NCBI GenBank assembly: GCA_028023455.1
Contig: JAQFVV010000002.1
Span: 25,606,001-25,670,000, forward strand
DNA length: 64,000 bases
DNA from: Epiperipatus broadwayi
Taxonomy: Eukaryota > Animalia > Onychophora
Direction: 5' to 3'
The translations under genes were made by a program, and so were the position numbers. Of this stretch, positions 1 to 13,639 are shown piece by piece. The notes beneath the pieces were generated by a model. That model was not told the origin of the DNA. It did not search any database and saw only the letters and a list, made by a program, of their open reading frames with translations. Position 1 is the first letter of the stretch. Each line of letters starts with the position of its first letter.

Positions 1-979
1 AAATACTGTGGTAATGTAAAAACTGACGGATTTAGAGCAGGTTAAAACCATCAATGAGTTTACTTGGGGAAGTCAGTAAAGCATTTAATATGCAAGCTGT
101 ATAGTTCAAGTTTAGAATTATTGCTAATGTTCTTAATCTTACTTACTTTGATGATTAATAGATTGATACCATATTTATTTACATTCGAGTCTTTTTTGTT
201 TATTTATTTAAAGTTTAAAAATAAATAAATAAATTTATTTTTTCAAAATTTGCTTCCTCTCTCCTAAATTCTTTTATTTACCATTTTAATATGAGTATAT
301 ATTTAATTAATTTAGATCTGTATTGAAGCTATATATATGCTTACATACATATGCTTCATGTCAATTTATATTTAAAACCTTTTAAACCCTATTATATCGA
401 AATTTTAAATTTTATTTTATTAAAAATTGTTTAAAGGCTAATAAGAATTAAATTTTATTTTATTAAATTTACTAAAGACATATGTATGTGTGTGTAGAAA
501 GAGTTAACTGAGATTCTAGAAAATTCTGAAAAACAGATAATTTAAATTCAGTTAATTAAAATTCTTGAACATTTTTGTTTTATAAAATTTATAAAGACAG
601 ATTAATTATAGAGCATAAGTTTATTTTTATTTGTTATTGAAACCTTATCTAATTAATGAAAAATAAGGTAATTGCTTTGTATTAAATATATACAAGAATG
701 TTTTTTTTTTAAATATTTGGCCTTGCAGTAAAAAGATATTAATTGATGCTTAATTACTTCAAGAAATGCACCTAGACAAAAGGTATTTGGAATTTGGAAA
801 ATTTTTACTAATTAATAGACACATACAGGATTAAATTGTAATTAAACTGATCAAAATTGTTATCAGCAAAAATATATTTTTTTAATTAAAATTAATCTGC
901 ATGTCTTTTATATAAATACCTCAGAAAATGTAAAAACAAAGTTTCTTCATGAAAAATTCTTCAAGCTGTTCAGGTAAGG

Positions 980-1720
980 GAAATTCTTCAAAATTGTCAA
1001 CAAAAGTTTTTAACAAGTCATTAATTATTTGGTTGCTATAAGCCATGCATAATGACCTGTGAATTGGAAGCTTGTGTCCACTTCTCTTTGCTATCTCTGG
1101 CAAGCGTAAGTTCGGATTCTCATTAAAGTTGGTGAAATGCCCATCTGAAGTTTGCTGACTCATCTACCTGTACCAATGTTCTCACCTTTATAAGTGAATT
1201 CAGCCTGCTGATCTGCCATCTCGTAATCCTAGAAATAAGAAGTCACCTAATCAATTATGCCACCTTCAGTTGGATGCTATTCCGAAGATTCAGCCTATCA
1301 AAGGAAAGATCATCTAGGACCATGTGAATTGTAACATGTTAGCTATTTGGTATATCTACATGCCACTTTTCATACCTTGCCATGTTTATTTTCAAATTCT
1401 TCATAAAGGTAATAATGGTAGAAACATTGAACTCTAGTCATGAGATCGCTGCATTGTTTACACCTGTAAAACAATTCATATATATTTGATGTTTCTCTTT
1501 TACCTGTATGATTTATTTTTTTGTGATATTTTTTTTTAATGTTATAGTATATGTGCTAAATTATTCAAGGATCAGTTGGTGTAGGGCTATTTTGTAAACA
1601 CATTTTCATTTTTTAAAAATCATCTTTTCTTCGTTTCTTCCTTTAAAAAAAAAACTAATTAATTAAAAGCACAGAATTGTTTTAATCTCCTGTCCCTCAT
1701 CTGGCTCAAAGATTTTTGTT
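980..1720 (+). mobile_element. Possible piggyBac-like transposase 3' remnant
   Basis: Broken translation resembles the piggyBac C-terminus (..AISHA.., ..IPCHVYFQILHK like PCF..YH). No TTAA/TIR verified. Confidence 0.3.
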
Positions 1721-2229
1721 TTTCCTAAAAATAATCAGTGGTGCATTTTTGCAATTTTAAAACTAGTTTTTTTTATTAAAAACAATTATAAAAAATCAGT
1801 TGAATAAATTTTTTTTTTTAAAGTGGCACATATATGTTATTTATTTTAATATGTTGGCTTCACAAATATTTCGTTATAATAATATATATCAATCACAAAT
1901 CTCGTACTAACTGATAATGTATTTCTTAATATATGTATGTGTATGATTTTTTGATTAGATCTTTAATTAAGCAGTGGTTATTTGAATTTTTAAATTTTTT
2001 TTAGGTATTTGTATATGATAAATCATTAGGCCTTAATTTAACCAATTAAAGTAATATATGACCACATGATAAACTTATAATTTGGCTACTCATGTTTGTT
2101 TCTTTGTAATAACCATTAAAAATTTCAGGCTTTCGTTATGAATTAATTATTCAATTACTTATTGCTATTTTCTTTAATTAAATTGCATTGCTGGGTTATT
2201 TATATATTTTTATTAATACATATTTTGTT

Positions 2230-5200
2230 CCTCAAGCAGACATTCATTCCTGCTTCATGGAAATGAATTTGCCATGCATTCTTTAGTTATGGTCATGCTG
2301 AGGCGGACATATCTCATACATTTATATTTGGGAAATCTGTGCTATTGTTTGTAATATTCTCAATGCAGACAAATTTTCTGCTTGGCAGTAATCAATTTAT
2401 TAATAGTTGTAAGAGCAGATGTTCATCCCTACTTCATATAACCTTCTGATCCAATTAAATTTCTGTGTATGGCCTCCTCAAGGAGGGCATACACCATCTC
2501 TGTTTCATTATCGGATATACTCTTCTGTTTTTGATAACTTAGCACTGTGTTCAGTATTTTCTTTGTGTTTTAAAGCCTGATCTGGCAAGCATGCAGCCAG
2601 CCATAATTCTAGTTCCATTGTGGCCATCTATTGTGATTTTAATATAGTTAAATAAATACTCCTAGCTCAACCCTGCTTGATTCTCTATTAATTAATAAGT
2701 AACCAACCTGGAGATTATTAAGATATATAAAGCCTGTAGTCCTTCTGTTGTATGTAAGTTTGTGATAAATAAGCTGCTTAGTTGCTAATTTTTAACCAAT
2801 AAGAAATACAATATAATCTTAGATTTAAAATCTAGTCATATGACTTTTATTTCACTTTGTTTTTATTGTTATTAATAAATCTATATACATGTAACCTCTC
2901 ACATTTGTGTCTTATTTACCACAATTAGTTTTTTTTTTTTAAGTTTTAAGGGTCTCTTGTATCTCCATAACCTCAGCAGAATATAACAAAAAGGGCATAT
3001 ATGCTAACATTAGATGCATTGGTCATGTGAAAACTGTCCTGGGGTGGGGGTATAGTAATGAGCTTCAGCTTTGTATTGTTTATGGTGATGTTTATATCGA
3101 TGTTACACACAAACATGCAAATTAGTGATCGTTGCTTGGTTCATCAGGTTAATTTTTACTGACTATACATATCTGACCATTACAGTATTGATTTTTCAAA
3201 CTTTTCATTGGACATTCATTTTTATATTGGTTATTGAAATATGTTTTTTATTATTTAACATTTATCATAGTTTTTTCCAATAAGTTGGATATGTAGCATG
3301 GCTGTACAATGTCTGATGTATGAATTGTTTTTAGTATCTGGAGTATATTCATAAAAGCCTACATCAAAAATAAGAAAGTTACAATATGTTTGCATTGTTT
3401 AATTTTTACAATAATCACAGAAAATATATTTGTTTTTAAAAAATGTTTTTTTTTTTTTTATATTCTGTAGATCTTGTACCATAGCTTTGACTGAGTACTA
3501 TTTTGCGGTTAATATTTCATGACAACTTTTATTTAGACTTGTTAATTGTTCCAGCTGTTGCATAACTATTCTAGATTTCCTTTTTTTAAGTATAACATCT
3601 TCGTCACTATGTTTTTAACTGAATGTATGATAATACCAGCCTATTGAGAGATATTGATGTTTTCCCACCAATTAAGAATTCAACAATTCCCTATACTTGC
3701 CTATATTGAATGATTTTAACTTAATCATGCAGGCATAATATATTATAAAGAAAAATAAACATTAGTTTGCATTTCTTGTCTTTAATAGGAATTAAGAATC
3801 GTTTTTCAAATTCATAATTGTCATTGAACTTGATCAAACCTCTTTCTTCCTCTGCTTAAATTGGTTTTGTTGTTATCTTCTTTTTTTTTTAAAAAAAAAA
3901 ACTAAACAAAACAATAAAGCCCAAAGCTAATAGGATAATCTATATGCAAATATAGAATTGCTTTTTACACAGAAAAAATGATAAGAACCACTAGTAAATA
4001 AGTATGGCCATTTTAACTCCAAACAAAAATAGAAAAGAAGTGAGAGAGAGAGAGAGTGAGCGAAAGTTTTTTTGTCAGTCATTGAACTTCTGCCTTCAGG
4101 TCTTTATATTTATTATAAAGTTTTACATTTAATCTATTACTCTTCCAAACAGAAAATATTACGTTTCCTTTTAATCAGATCACTAATTATAAACTCATTC
4201 TCAGAAAACCAGTCATGGTTCTTTTTTTTTTTTTTTGATGAACCCATGAAAAGAGTTAGTTGTATTCATAAAACACTTCCTAAGAGTATTTCATAATATG
4301 GTAATCCTGAAGATCCAAATTAGTAAGTTTAATGTTTAATAGCTGTTGAAATTTACTATCTATAGGGGATACTTCTAAAGAATAACATCAGTTTATTTGC
4401 AAATACGATTGGTTTAATGTCTATTTTTTAATGTAATTCATTTTAATCTTAGAGCATACTAATCTCTTATCTATCCAACAGTCTGCGTTTAGAAGTGCTC
4501 ACATAATGTGAACTTCCGCATTGTTTTCTAACTATAATATAATCTATTATGTCATTGTTTTGAGTATATATGCATCCATGTTCCTTTATAATGGTTTTTC
4601 TGTTCAAGCTAAGTATTTGTGATAGTAAATTCATATGTTATGCAAAAATTTAATAAAACAAAACATTTGAATTTACAGCACAATATCATTGTTTCCAAAA
4701 ACTTTTGACCAAAGTGTACTATTTGCACCAACATGTACATTGAAGTCTCTAAGAATAAAAATTTGATCTTTTATTGGCATTGCTGCAGTAATGCTATTCA
4801 ATAAGAAATAGAACCTCTCCCTCTCTGAATTCTCTGAATCTAAAGTTGGAACATAGGCATTAATAAAATAAGTAATAATACATTGTGCAAGATGAATTTT
4901 AACAACCTTTTATTGATGCAGTAAGGAAATCCAACAATAGAAGATATTAAATTAGACTTTACAGCAAATCCAATACCATGCATTCTCCTTTCATTAACTG
5001 ATCTATCTTTCCAAAAAAAAGCTTGTATTCATCCATCTGTTGTTCTATTAAATTTACTTCCTCTGGAAGATGAGTTTCACAAAAAGCAGCCATATCGATC
5101 TCCTTAATCACCAGTGCAGTTTTCCGATTTGGTCTTGAAGAATTTGTATCAAGTAAAGTTTGCATATTCCATGTACCTATATTTAGAAAAAAAAAAAGAT

Positions 5201-5330
5201 TTATAATACTTAATTTTAATTGTACCATCACCTCCTGTTTTACAACGACTATTGATATTATTACTATTGTTATTATTTCTTCCACTATAATGACTAATCT
5301 GCAAGAAGTAACGAAAACAGACTATTTTTA
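2230..5330 (-). mobile_element. Degenerate RTE-clade LINE (APE endonuclease, RT and 3' remnants)
   Basis: ORF 4959-5285 has NIGTWNMQTLLDTNSSRPNRKTAL..IDMAAFCETHL, followed in other frames by ERRMHGIGFAVKS and INAYVPTLDSE (RTE APE motifs). Weaker RT and GG-motif remnants lie at 2300-3750. Confidence 0.65.
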
Positions 5331-7710
5331 GTTGCATTTTCTATGCCCTTTCACTTTTTTTAAGCAGGGAAATCCCTATGTCTAAACATACAATCTTTGC
5401 TAGCAGAATCATTAGTGATGGTACTGCATCAAGTAAAGATAACTATTAAGGATCGCCAGCCTACTAAGCCTGTCCTCATCATTGTTTTCTTAATTCTTGA
5501 GGGCTTGAAATAAAAAAAAGAAAAAGGGTATTGGAATCATCAAGAAGATTAAAATTCACGAAGATTATATTTAATGTTCTTGATAGTTTCTATGTATAAA
5601 GCGATGATTTACAGTTGCTTACAGATTATATTATTTCAACAATAGTTCTTATAGTTTGTTAAAGCTAACAATCTTACATTATTGCAAGTTTTTTTTGTGC
5701 AAATGAAATCATCAAAAATTTTGTTAAGCATCTTTGTGCATGCATATTTTTAATAGATTCTTTCTAATTTGGCTTTATGACTTGCTTTAACATTACCACT
5801 CAAGGCTAGATTTTTTTGATCATATGGGCATTTTTAAAATTTCCAGTATATTTTTAACAGTATTCTGCATTTTCATGGATCTTTGAAAATAAGAGTTCAC
5901 ATCTTTTTAAAAAATGTTTATCTTAGCTTTATTTTATTTTATTTTTGTCATTTTTTTCTTGTTTTCGGTTGATTATTACTAGTCATTTTTATATTGATAT
6001 AGACACATATGCTATTGCAATTAGATTTTACTTCAAGTTTGCCCATGAATATTTGATGCTATTAAAAACAAATGTTTCATTATCTGGCATTAAAAATATG
6101 TAATTTATTTCAGTTAATCTGATTAATGAGGTTTGACCATAAAGATAGCATTTAAACACTGAAATCTATAATGACAAAAATAGTTTTGGATTCATAGAAA
6201 TTCATTATATATCTTTTACTTTCCAAGTAACTTATTGTTTTCTCTGCTTTTTAATTTTTCTAATTTAGTTGCATTAACGGAAGATCGTTCTTTCTTTTCG
6301 GCTTTAATATGTTTATAAACTTTTTCATTTGTGTTTTATCCAAATTTATTGTTGAACAGCTACATAATGTTAACGTAGAATTGTGATTAATGTAGAATTG
6401 TGATTGCTCAAAATATAAATATTTTTCATTTAGTCACAGTTTGGTTTTGACATTCTTTCCTATTATATCTTTGTATCTGTTAAAGCCAAAGAAAATGTGT
6501 GCTTTTTTGAACAAAATTTTTCTGGTTCATTTTATTTATTTAATATCTAAAGTATCAGATTATAAGTAGTCAATTTCATCTTTGTTAGATATATATTTTT
6601 TTTTCTTCAAAATAATAATAAAAATTGAAAGATTTATTGTTCTGAAATTCATAAGAAATTGGAGCCCAAGAAATGATAGAGATGATTCACTATCCATGGA
6701 CTTTGAGCTCTAGATTCTGCCATCCTGTCTTTAATTAACCACAATGATAATGTTATTTATACAATTCTCTGATTTTTTTTACATTTATCAACTTGTACAC
6801 TTCAAAAGGCTTTTATAGAACACAGCGACAGTACTGTATAATTATCTTTAGATAATTTTCATTATCACGTAAGTATGTTCTGATTGTCATGATTAAATCA
6901 ACGGCTGCAATGTTTTACTAATCCTTATAGATAAGAAAAATGTGAAAAAAAATATTGTTTCTTCTTAATAAAATTATGTTCCTGTATTATTTAATGCAAT
7001 GATGTAATTGGAAGATTTAAATACTAAGGATTCTTGATTCTCATTTGAGAAAATTAAAATATATATATATATATTTCACTTTAATCAATAAAATTGAACT
7101 GTTATATTCAGCTTGTTTACTTTGGTAGCAAACATCATATGACTTCCCTAAACAGAACCATATACAATATTTATTTATTTTTGTTAAAACTCCTTCATGA
7201 GATATTATTTATGAGGCAAAACTTGTTTTTTGCTTCTAAGATTTTTGGAAATTGCTGAGTTTAGAATTTCAATCTATTGTCTGTATTCCCTTCTGAACAA
7301 TTGATCTTTCCCCTTCTTATCTCAGAACTTTGATGTATAGGTATGCTATTTGTAAAATTGATCTGTAGTTTATAGAGGGCAAAAAAATCCAAATTATTAT
7401 CATTTATAATAAACTCTCCTTAAACTAACATTTCTAGCTTTTTTTTTTACATTTTAAAGATGCTTGAGGTGGTACTAGGCTAAATGGTGCAAACACAATA
7501 GTATCAAACAGTAAAGGTTTACTTTAGTGGCCACATCATGTTCATCCTCTATTTTTTAAAATTAGAACTGAAACCCCCCCCCCACCTATTCATAATAAAA
7601 ATTATTCGAAAATCTTACATATATGCTATAAAAAACTTACATTACTAGACCTATATTATTTTCGATTTGTAACTATATTAGAATTAGATTAAAATTTATT
7701 AAAATGTAAA

Positions 7711-8134
7711 AGTACTTTCGAAGGGCAAAGCCTTCATTTTCAAAAGAATGTTCAGCGTGAGAAATGCAAAATTATGCAAATCAAGTTTGCCATTTTTTGG
7801 AAATGGCATAGAACGTGTCTTTTTTATTCTTGGAATTAACATCCGACACAATAAAATAAGCCTCCTTAATCTTCCTCCTTAACTCATGTCGCTCTCTACA
7901 CACCACCCGAGGATTATCTGGAATGCAGAGAGGTGGTGTGCAGAGAGCAACATGAGTTAAGGAGGAAGATTAAGGAGGCTTATTTTATTGTGTCAGTAAT
8001 TCCATGAATAAAAGAGACGTTCTATATCATTTCCAAGAAATGGCAAACTTGATTTGCATAATTTTGCATTTCTCACGCTGAACATTCTGCACCACAATCT
8101 TTCACAGCTTTGAAAATGAAGGCTTCAAAAGTAC
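7711..8134. mobile_element. Fold-back element, family A, with outward-facing hammerhead-like ends
   Basis: Arms 7745-7907 / 7932-8088, 24-nt loop, plus terminal inverted segments 7711-7746 / 8108-8134 reading TTGAAAA-T-GAAG(GC)...CTTC-GAAA-GTACT outward. Confidence 0.85.
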
Positions 8135-8199
8135 AGTACTAGCAAAAATAAATAAATAATAATATAATATTTTATTTGAAAATTATTGGTGTGGTATAA

Positions 8200-8660
8200 C
8201 TAATTGTATGAAATATTACCATAAAATGTTTGAGTATTACATATGTATATCAACACAGATTTGACAATTTTAATATTTAAAATGTAAAAGATAATAAAAA
8301 AAAAACATTTACCTTTTGAAGCATAATTATGTCCTATGCAGACTAGGAAGTTGGAGAAAAAAGCGGTAGTGCTGTGTTTACTCCGGAAGGCAAATTCTTG
8401 CAAGTACAATGAAAACAAAGCTCTGCTGGTACCATCTACACCCATCTAAGCCTGTAGAATACATCACCAGCGGACAATGAACACTGCACTGTTGGCATAG
8501 GGCGTAATTCTTGCAAGCCATTTGATGTTTAATTCTGGAGTTTGACGGGCATTCCACAACTGATACATATTCCAGTCTTCTGCCAGAATAGCAGCAATAT
8601 CCAAAATTTGATCATCTGGAACTAAAAATGTAATGGGTCTACTTGCCATTTTTTGCAACT
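8200..8660 (-). mobile_element. Possible Merlin/IS1016-like transposase C-terminal remnant
   Basis: GTSRALFSLYLQEFAFRSKH...FFSNFLVCI resembles the Merlin C-terminal GTS..F..YL.EF.WR motif. The DDE core and TIRs were not found. Confidence 0.45.
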
Positions 8661-9505
8661 ATAAAACTATACACGTGTGTGTGTAATTCGAACTTTTGAA
8701 CCCAGAGGGTGTCTTTTTTTGTAACAAGTTTTATAAATGTAGATAGTTTAAATTATTTTAATTAATTTAATGTAATTAATCCAACATTCAATTTATCGAA
8801 ACAAATGTTTTAAGTAATATTCATCTAAGAAAATGGTCAAAACTAAGTAATGTACAAAATGAAAGTAAATGTTTACTTTCCAAATCAAAAATAGTTTTAA
8901 TTTTATAAAATAGAGGGCGAACATGATGTGGCCGCTAAAGTAAACCTTTACTGCATCAGACAACTTAATAATATTTATTTAGTTACTCAGGGCACTGATG
9001 TAAGTCAGATTAAAAGCTGTCCAAATTTTGGCATTCTCTACTATAATATTGTTCTAAATGTATTAGAGATAAATAATTTTTTTTTGTTCAGCGATCATAG
9101 TCTTTTCTTATTAAGAAAAAAAAAAAGGTATTTAACAGTTTATTAATAATTATTTATCTATTTTTAAAAGAGAAAAGTTTTTTTTAAAAAATATATATTA
9201 GATAACATTCCCAGTGCTTAACACTTTTAAACTCAAATAAATATCCAAATATATTTATATATTTATTTCACAGAGGACAAGAGTGAATTTCTTAACCATA
9301 TGGAGTGATTTAATATTTGGATATTAAATAATGGATGTGAATAAACTGAAAAAAAAAAAACAAGATTGTTTTTATGAATAACTGGTGAGATACATAACTA
9401 AAAATATATAAAAAAGATTTATTTTTATAAATAATAAGAAAAATATTGCGATTTTAATATTTTTTTTTCTTTAAATTGTTTATTTTTTATTATTTATTTT
9501 TAATA

Positions 9506-10260
9506 TAGGGTATATGAGCACAGACTTTCACACCACCCACCTCTCTCCACTCTGTCTAATAACACTGATACACCTAAACACATACATGCTGAAAAGATAA
9601 ATAATCACCAATATACGTATTTCATGCTAAACCAGCAATCATCAGTTGGTCCAGACTATCATCTTTACACACATATGTAGTATAAGTGCTCAGATATATA
9701 TTAAGATAGACTATCCTCATAGTTTAATGGACAGGCTTCAATCCACTCCACACTCCAACTCTTCAACCGTCCATCCAATTGAAAATCTGATGATGGAATG
9801 CTCAAAGGCATATGTATTAAATGGATTGTGTCCTGTACATGTGGGGTTCAGATTGACCTTAGGTCAACATGGGTGTGACAATAATCTCGGCCTCAGGGTG
9901 GCCTTTGAGCATTCTATCATCAGAATTTTCAATTGGATGGACGGTTGAAGAGTTGGAGTGTGGAGTGGATTGAAGCCTGTCCATTAAACTATGAGGATAG
10001 TCTATCTTAATATATATCTGAGCACTTATACTATATATGTGTGTAAAGATGATAGTCCGGACCAATTGATGATTGCTGGTTTAGCATGAAATACGTATAT
10101 TGGTGATTATTTATCTTTTCAGCATGTATGTGTTTAGGTGTATCAGTGTTATTAGATAGAGTGGAGAGAGGTGGGTGGTGTGAAAGTCTGTGTTCATATA
10201 CCCTACATTACATATATATAGCCACAGGTATATAACAAGTCTGTGTTTCAGTTATTTATT
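9506..10260. mobile_element. Fold-back element, family B copy 1
   Basis: About 304-bp arms 9506-9809 / 9901-10205, 91-nt spacer, shared unpaired 3' tail to about 10260. Hammerhead motif in each arm (9607-9650 minus, 10061-10104 plus). Confidence 0.92.
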
Positions 10261-11099
10261 TTTCTGATCTTTCATGAATTTGAATTAAGGTCTGATGCTA
10301 AGATCTTAAATGCTTACTTAAAATGCACATAGTGTCTTTTCTAATTTTTTTTTTCTGAATACAAAGATTAAATAATCAAATAAACACAATACAGTATAAA
10401 TATTTTATTTAATATTATAATAAGAATATTATCTTATTTTAAAAGTATGTTTAGTTGAAAACTCATAAAAGAAAAAGTAATATTATAATATTCTCATTAT
10501 AAAAGAAAAACATCAAAAGTACATAAACAAAAACAAAAAAATATAATAAATTCTGTAATGCATAGGTAGTGACCAGTATATTTCCCTATCACTATGCTTC
10601 TTAGGAATTGAATATTTGATATATCATAAAATTTTGTCACTGCACGGCAAGTTTCACTTTTAGTGCCTTTCAGGTTCTGTGCCTACTGCAATGCATTCCA
10701 TACAGGCCCTACCTATAATTCTCTGCATGATTTGTTGCAGTGGTAGATTGGCAGACTAAAATTCAAGGTTCATGGATCGCAACCTAGCTATATCATTTAC
10801 AGTATTTGTCTTATAAACTTCTGAGCAACAAACCATTTGGTTATTTCCTTTAATGAGCTTTTTAGTAGTTTTTTAAAAAAAAAAAAAAAAAAATAGGATT
10901 TTGATATTCTGCACACACTGCTGATGTTTAAACTTATTTAATATATAAATGATATTCACTAAACTGCACAAATCCATGGTGTCGCCATATAAATTTTGAA
11001 TTCTAATTGTGAACCACACTTAAAAAAAAGTTATTTACTCTTTTGGGATATATATGCAATATATATACACACAATATAATATTTACAATTTAAAATTTC

Positions 11100-11540
11100 A
11101 TTGTCATATAAGCATTTTTAAGGCACATTGACAGATTTCAGCCTTTCACGTTATTATTATATAATCTGCTTGCACTTAATAAATTAATATATTTACATTT
11201 GTTACTATCAATTCATTGGATTTGAAAATACTTTGTAGTAAATTGAAGGATTTCACATTGTTTATTTATATATAATATTTAATGAATTAAATGTGAAAGT
11301 GTTTAAAGCTTCATTTTCTTAGGTCAAAATGCTTGAGGCTAGGTTATTTATATATAAATTTAAGTAGAGAAGAAGATGGAACCATCTTTTTCTCGTAAAA
11401 TCTCTGCCTTGTGTTTTGACTTAAGAATTCTCTGTGCAGTCATTATTACATCTGATTGGCTGTCATATAAGCATTTTTAAGGTGCATCTGACAAAGGTTT
11501 CAGCCTTTCGCATTATTACTTTACATTATAATAAATACAT
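11100..11540 (+). repeat. About 359-bp tandem unit (1.2 copies), diverged relative of the 346-bp family
   Basis: gtcatataagcatttttaagg recurs at about 11103 and 11462. Second dispersed copy at about 54565-54925. Shares the tgtaaatcgaaagatttc and agaag...ctttttct segments with the 346-bp unit. Confidence 0.7.
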
Positions 11541-11653
11541 TTAAAGTGATTGTTTTAAAAAAAAGATTTGTACAAAAAATACCAATTAAAAATGCACATA
11601 CAATTTATTTGCACTTATATAGCTAAAATCGTTCATATTTTTTGTATTTTCAG

Positions 11654-11928
11654 AAGCCGCCAGTTGTGCCATTGTAAAATTTTTAGAAATTGAAAGCACA
11701 GAAGAAAGTAGTAATGGTTGGATGCTATTATCAACGATCAATTTATTAGCTGCTGGAGATTCTAGTCTCATTGAAGTAATGACTGCCGCTTCACTGCCTT
11801 CAACGCTTGTCAAATGTCTTTATCTTTTTTTTGATTTGCCTGATGTTGAGAATGGAGACGTTCAAGAATTGAATTCAGAATTTACTCCTAGAGAACGTCG
11901 AATATTATTACAAAAAATATTTGTTCAG
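11654..11928 (+). CDS. WDFY3: WDFY3/Alfy (blue cheese) coding exon, first in window
   Basis: ttttcAG acceptor, GTAATT donor. Translates (E)AASCAIVKFLEIESTEESSNGWMLLSTINLLAAGDSSLIEVMTAASLPSTLVKCLYLFFDLPDV...ERRILLQKIFVQ, matching the WDFY3 N-terminal motifs GWMLL.TINLL and PSTLVKCLYLFFDLP as recalled from the human protein. Confidence 0.96.
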
Positions 11929-13156
11929 GTAATTCTATTTAAAATTTTAGATTAAATTTTTTTTATCTGAAAAATGAAGTTTAGGAATGATTAAAATATG
12001 CAGTATTTATATGAATTTAGTAATCATCATCATCATCTTCTGACAGTTTATTTTGAGATACATGCATTTAAAATATTTCTTTTATCAATAGTAATTATTA
12101 TTTTATTATATATCCAATCCATCACGAGATATTATAAATTTTACAAAAATATCATTAATTCCAGTTTGCATTTTTTTATCTATTCATTTCCCCTCCTTTT
12201 TTTTTTCTTTCTATTTTACTGATAATTTTTGTTTTATTTTAGAATTCCTAATCTATATTGTACAACCATAAATCAAATCAGTGAAGAAACTTGGATAAAA
12301 AGCTTTTCATTTTTAATTATATGAGCATAAATTTTAAAATTCTAATAATGTTAATGAGCACTTAAATAATTTTATGACACCGGATATATAATGTTAAGTA
12401 AGAATCAAGGACCAAAAAGTCTAAATATATTACTAAGCTAACTTACATGCTACATACTTAAGAATCATATTTGAACTTGTAAATACTGCTGACCTTTTGC
12501 TAAACCAATGCCAATCTATTTTGTTAGATAAAAAATAATATTTTACTTGACAAAATAAATTTGCATTGATATAACAAAAGATGGATATTATTTACAAGTT
12601 TATTTAAATGATTCTTTAGGAATGTAGCTTGTGAATCATCCTTTTAAAGTATTCAGACTTATTTGTTTCGTGAATAGATTTTTAATTTTTTTAATATAAT
12701 ATTGTCTACAAAATGCACTCCATATTATTTTAATTTCCTTTTTTTTTTCATTCTACTTACTTGGTCAAAATAAATATAGTATTCTCATTTTCATTTTTTT
12801 AAAACTATAATGCCCTTAGGCAATCATCATCAACATCATTAGTTATCTCTCAAAAAGCAGAGCCCATATATCAAACTATCTTGCCTCCAAAGTTTTTTAT
12901 TCTTCAAACATTCATAGTTATTCCCTTCATTAAGTTTTTTTTTAAATATTTATTTTTGTATACAGATCTTTCCAGAACATTGGTCATCGTGTCTCCAAGA
13001 AGTTGCTAACCGAGATCATCTTCTTAATTTTTACAAAGAATTTTTTATTTTTATTTATTCTTTTCAACATTTGTATATTGTTAATTTTATGTTTAATAGT
13101 GAATCATTTAATTTTTTATTTTATACGATATGATAAAACAATAGCAGTTTCCTAAT

Positions 13157-13497
13157 AAATTTTATTAGTCATTCGTATAATCAAATAATGAATAAAATTT
13201 CTGCAGTGTAATTTTCACTACACCAATATTATGCAAGTTTGAGACTGGGTTCTACCCACTTTTAACACTTTGTAGAGGGATATAATCACAAACATATGAC
13301 CAAAGATATGTGAAAACGATCTATGATTCCTAAGATGCACATTTTGTGCTGAATTAGCACTCATCCCTCCACAAGGTGTTAAGAGCCAACAGAAACCAGT
13401 TTCTACCGTGCATGAGAGTTGTGTAGTGACAATTACACTACAGAAATATTATTCATTATTGGATAATCTCTAGTCTAATGAATGACTAATAAAATTT
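13157..13497. mobile_element. Imperfect fold-back element, family C
   Basis: Terminal IR aaattttattagtcattc / gaatgactaataaaattt and inner IRs. Minus strand has GATGA-GTGCT-AATTC-AGCAC-AAAA-TGTGCATC (truncated hammerhead). Confidence 0.7.
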
Positions 13498-13639
13498 TTT
13501 AATATTCTTTTATTAAGTGATTCATGTCAAAATTGTGAGAGCAGCACGTTTGACGCATCAAATAAACTGTAATATTTTAAATACAAGTTATACTTTGTAT
13601 AACTGGAGTTTAAATGTAATTTAGAGGATTTGAACATAG

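Noticed and set aside
9853-9867. TTGACCT-T-AGGTCAA, two nuclear-receptor half sites
   Set aside because: Everted geometry rather than the IR1 ecdysone element, single occurrence inside a repeat spacer.
9646-10065. Mirror-image ORFs 9646-9948 (+) and 9859-10065 (-) with nearly identical peptides
   Set aside because: Artefact of the family B palindrome; no protein motif.
10735-10790. tRNA/SINE-like stretch (cagtggtaga...ggttcatggatcgcaacc)
   Set aside because: Too degenerate to fold or assign; no second copy in the window.
1-11653. Upstream WDFY3 exons (start codon, EIRRRASN region)
   Set aside because: No matching translation found by eye; they probably lie before the window.
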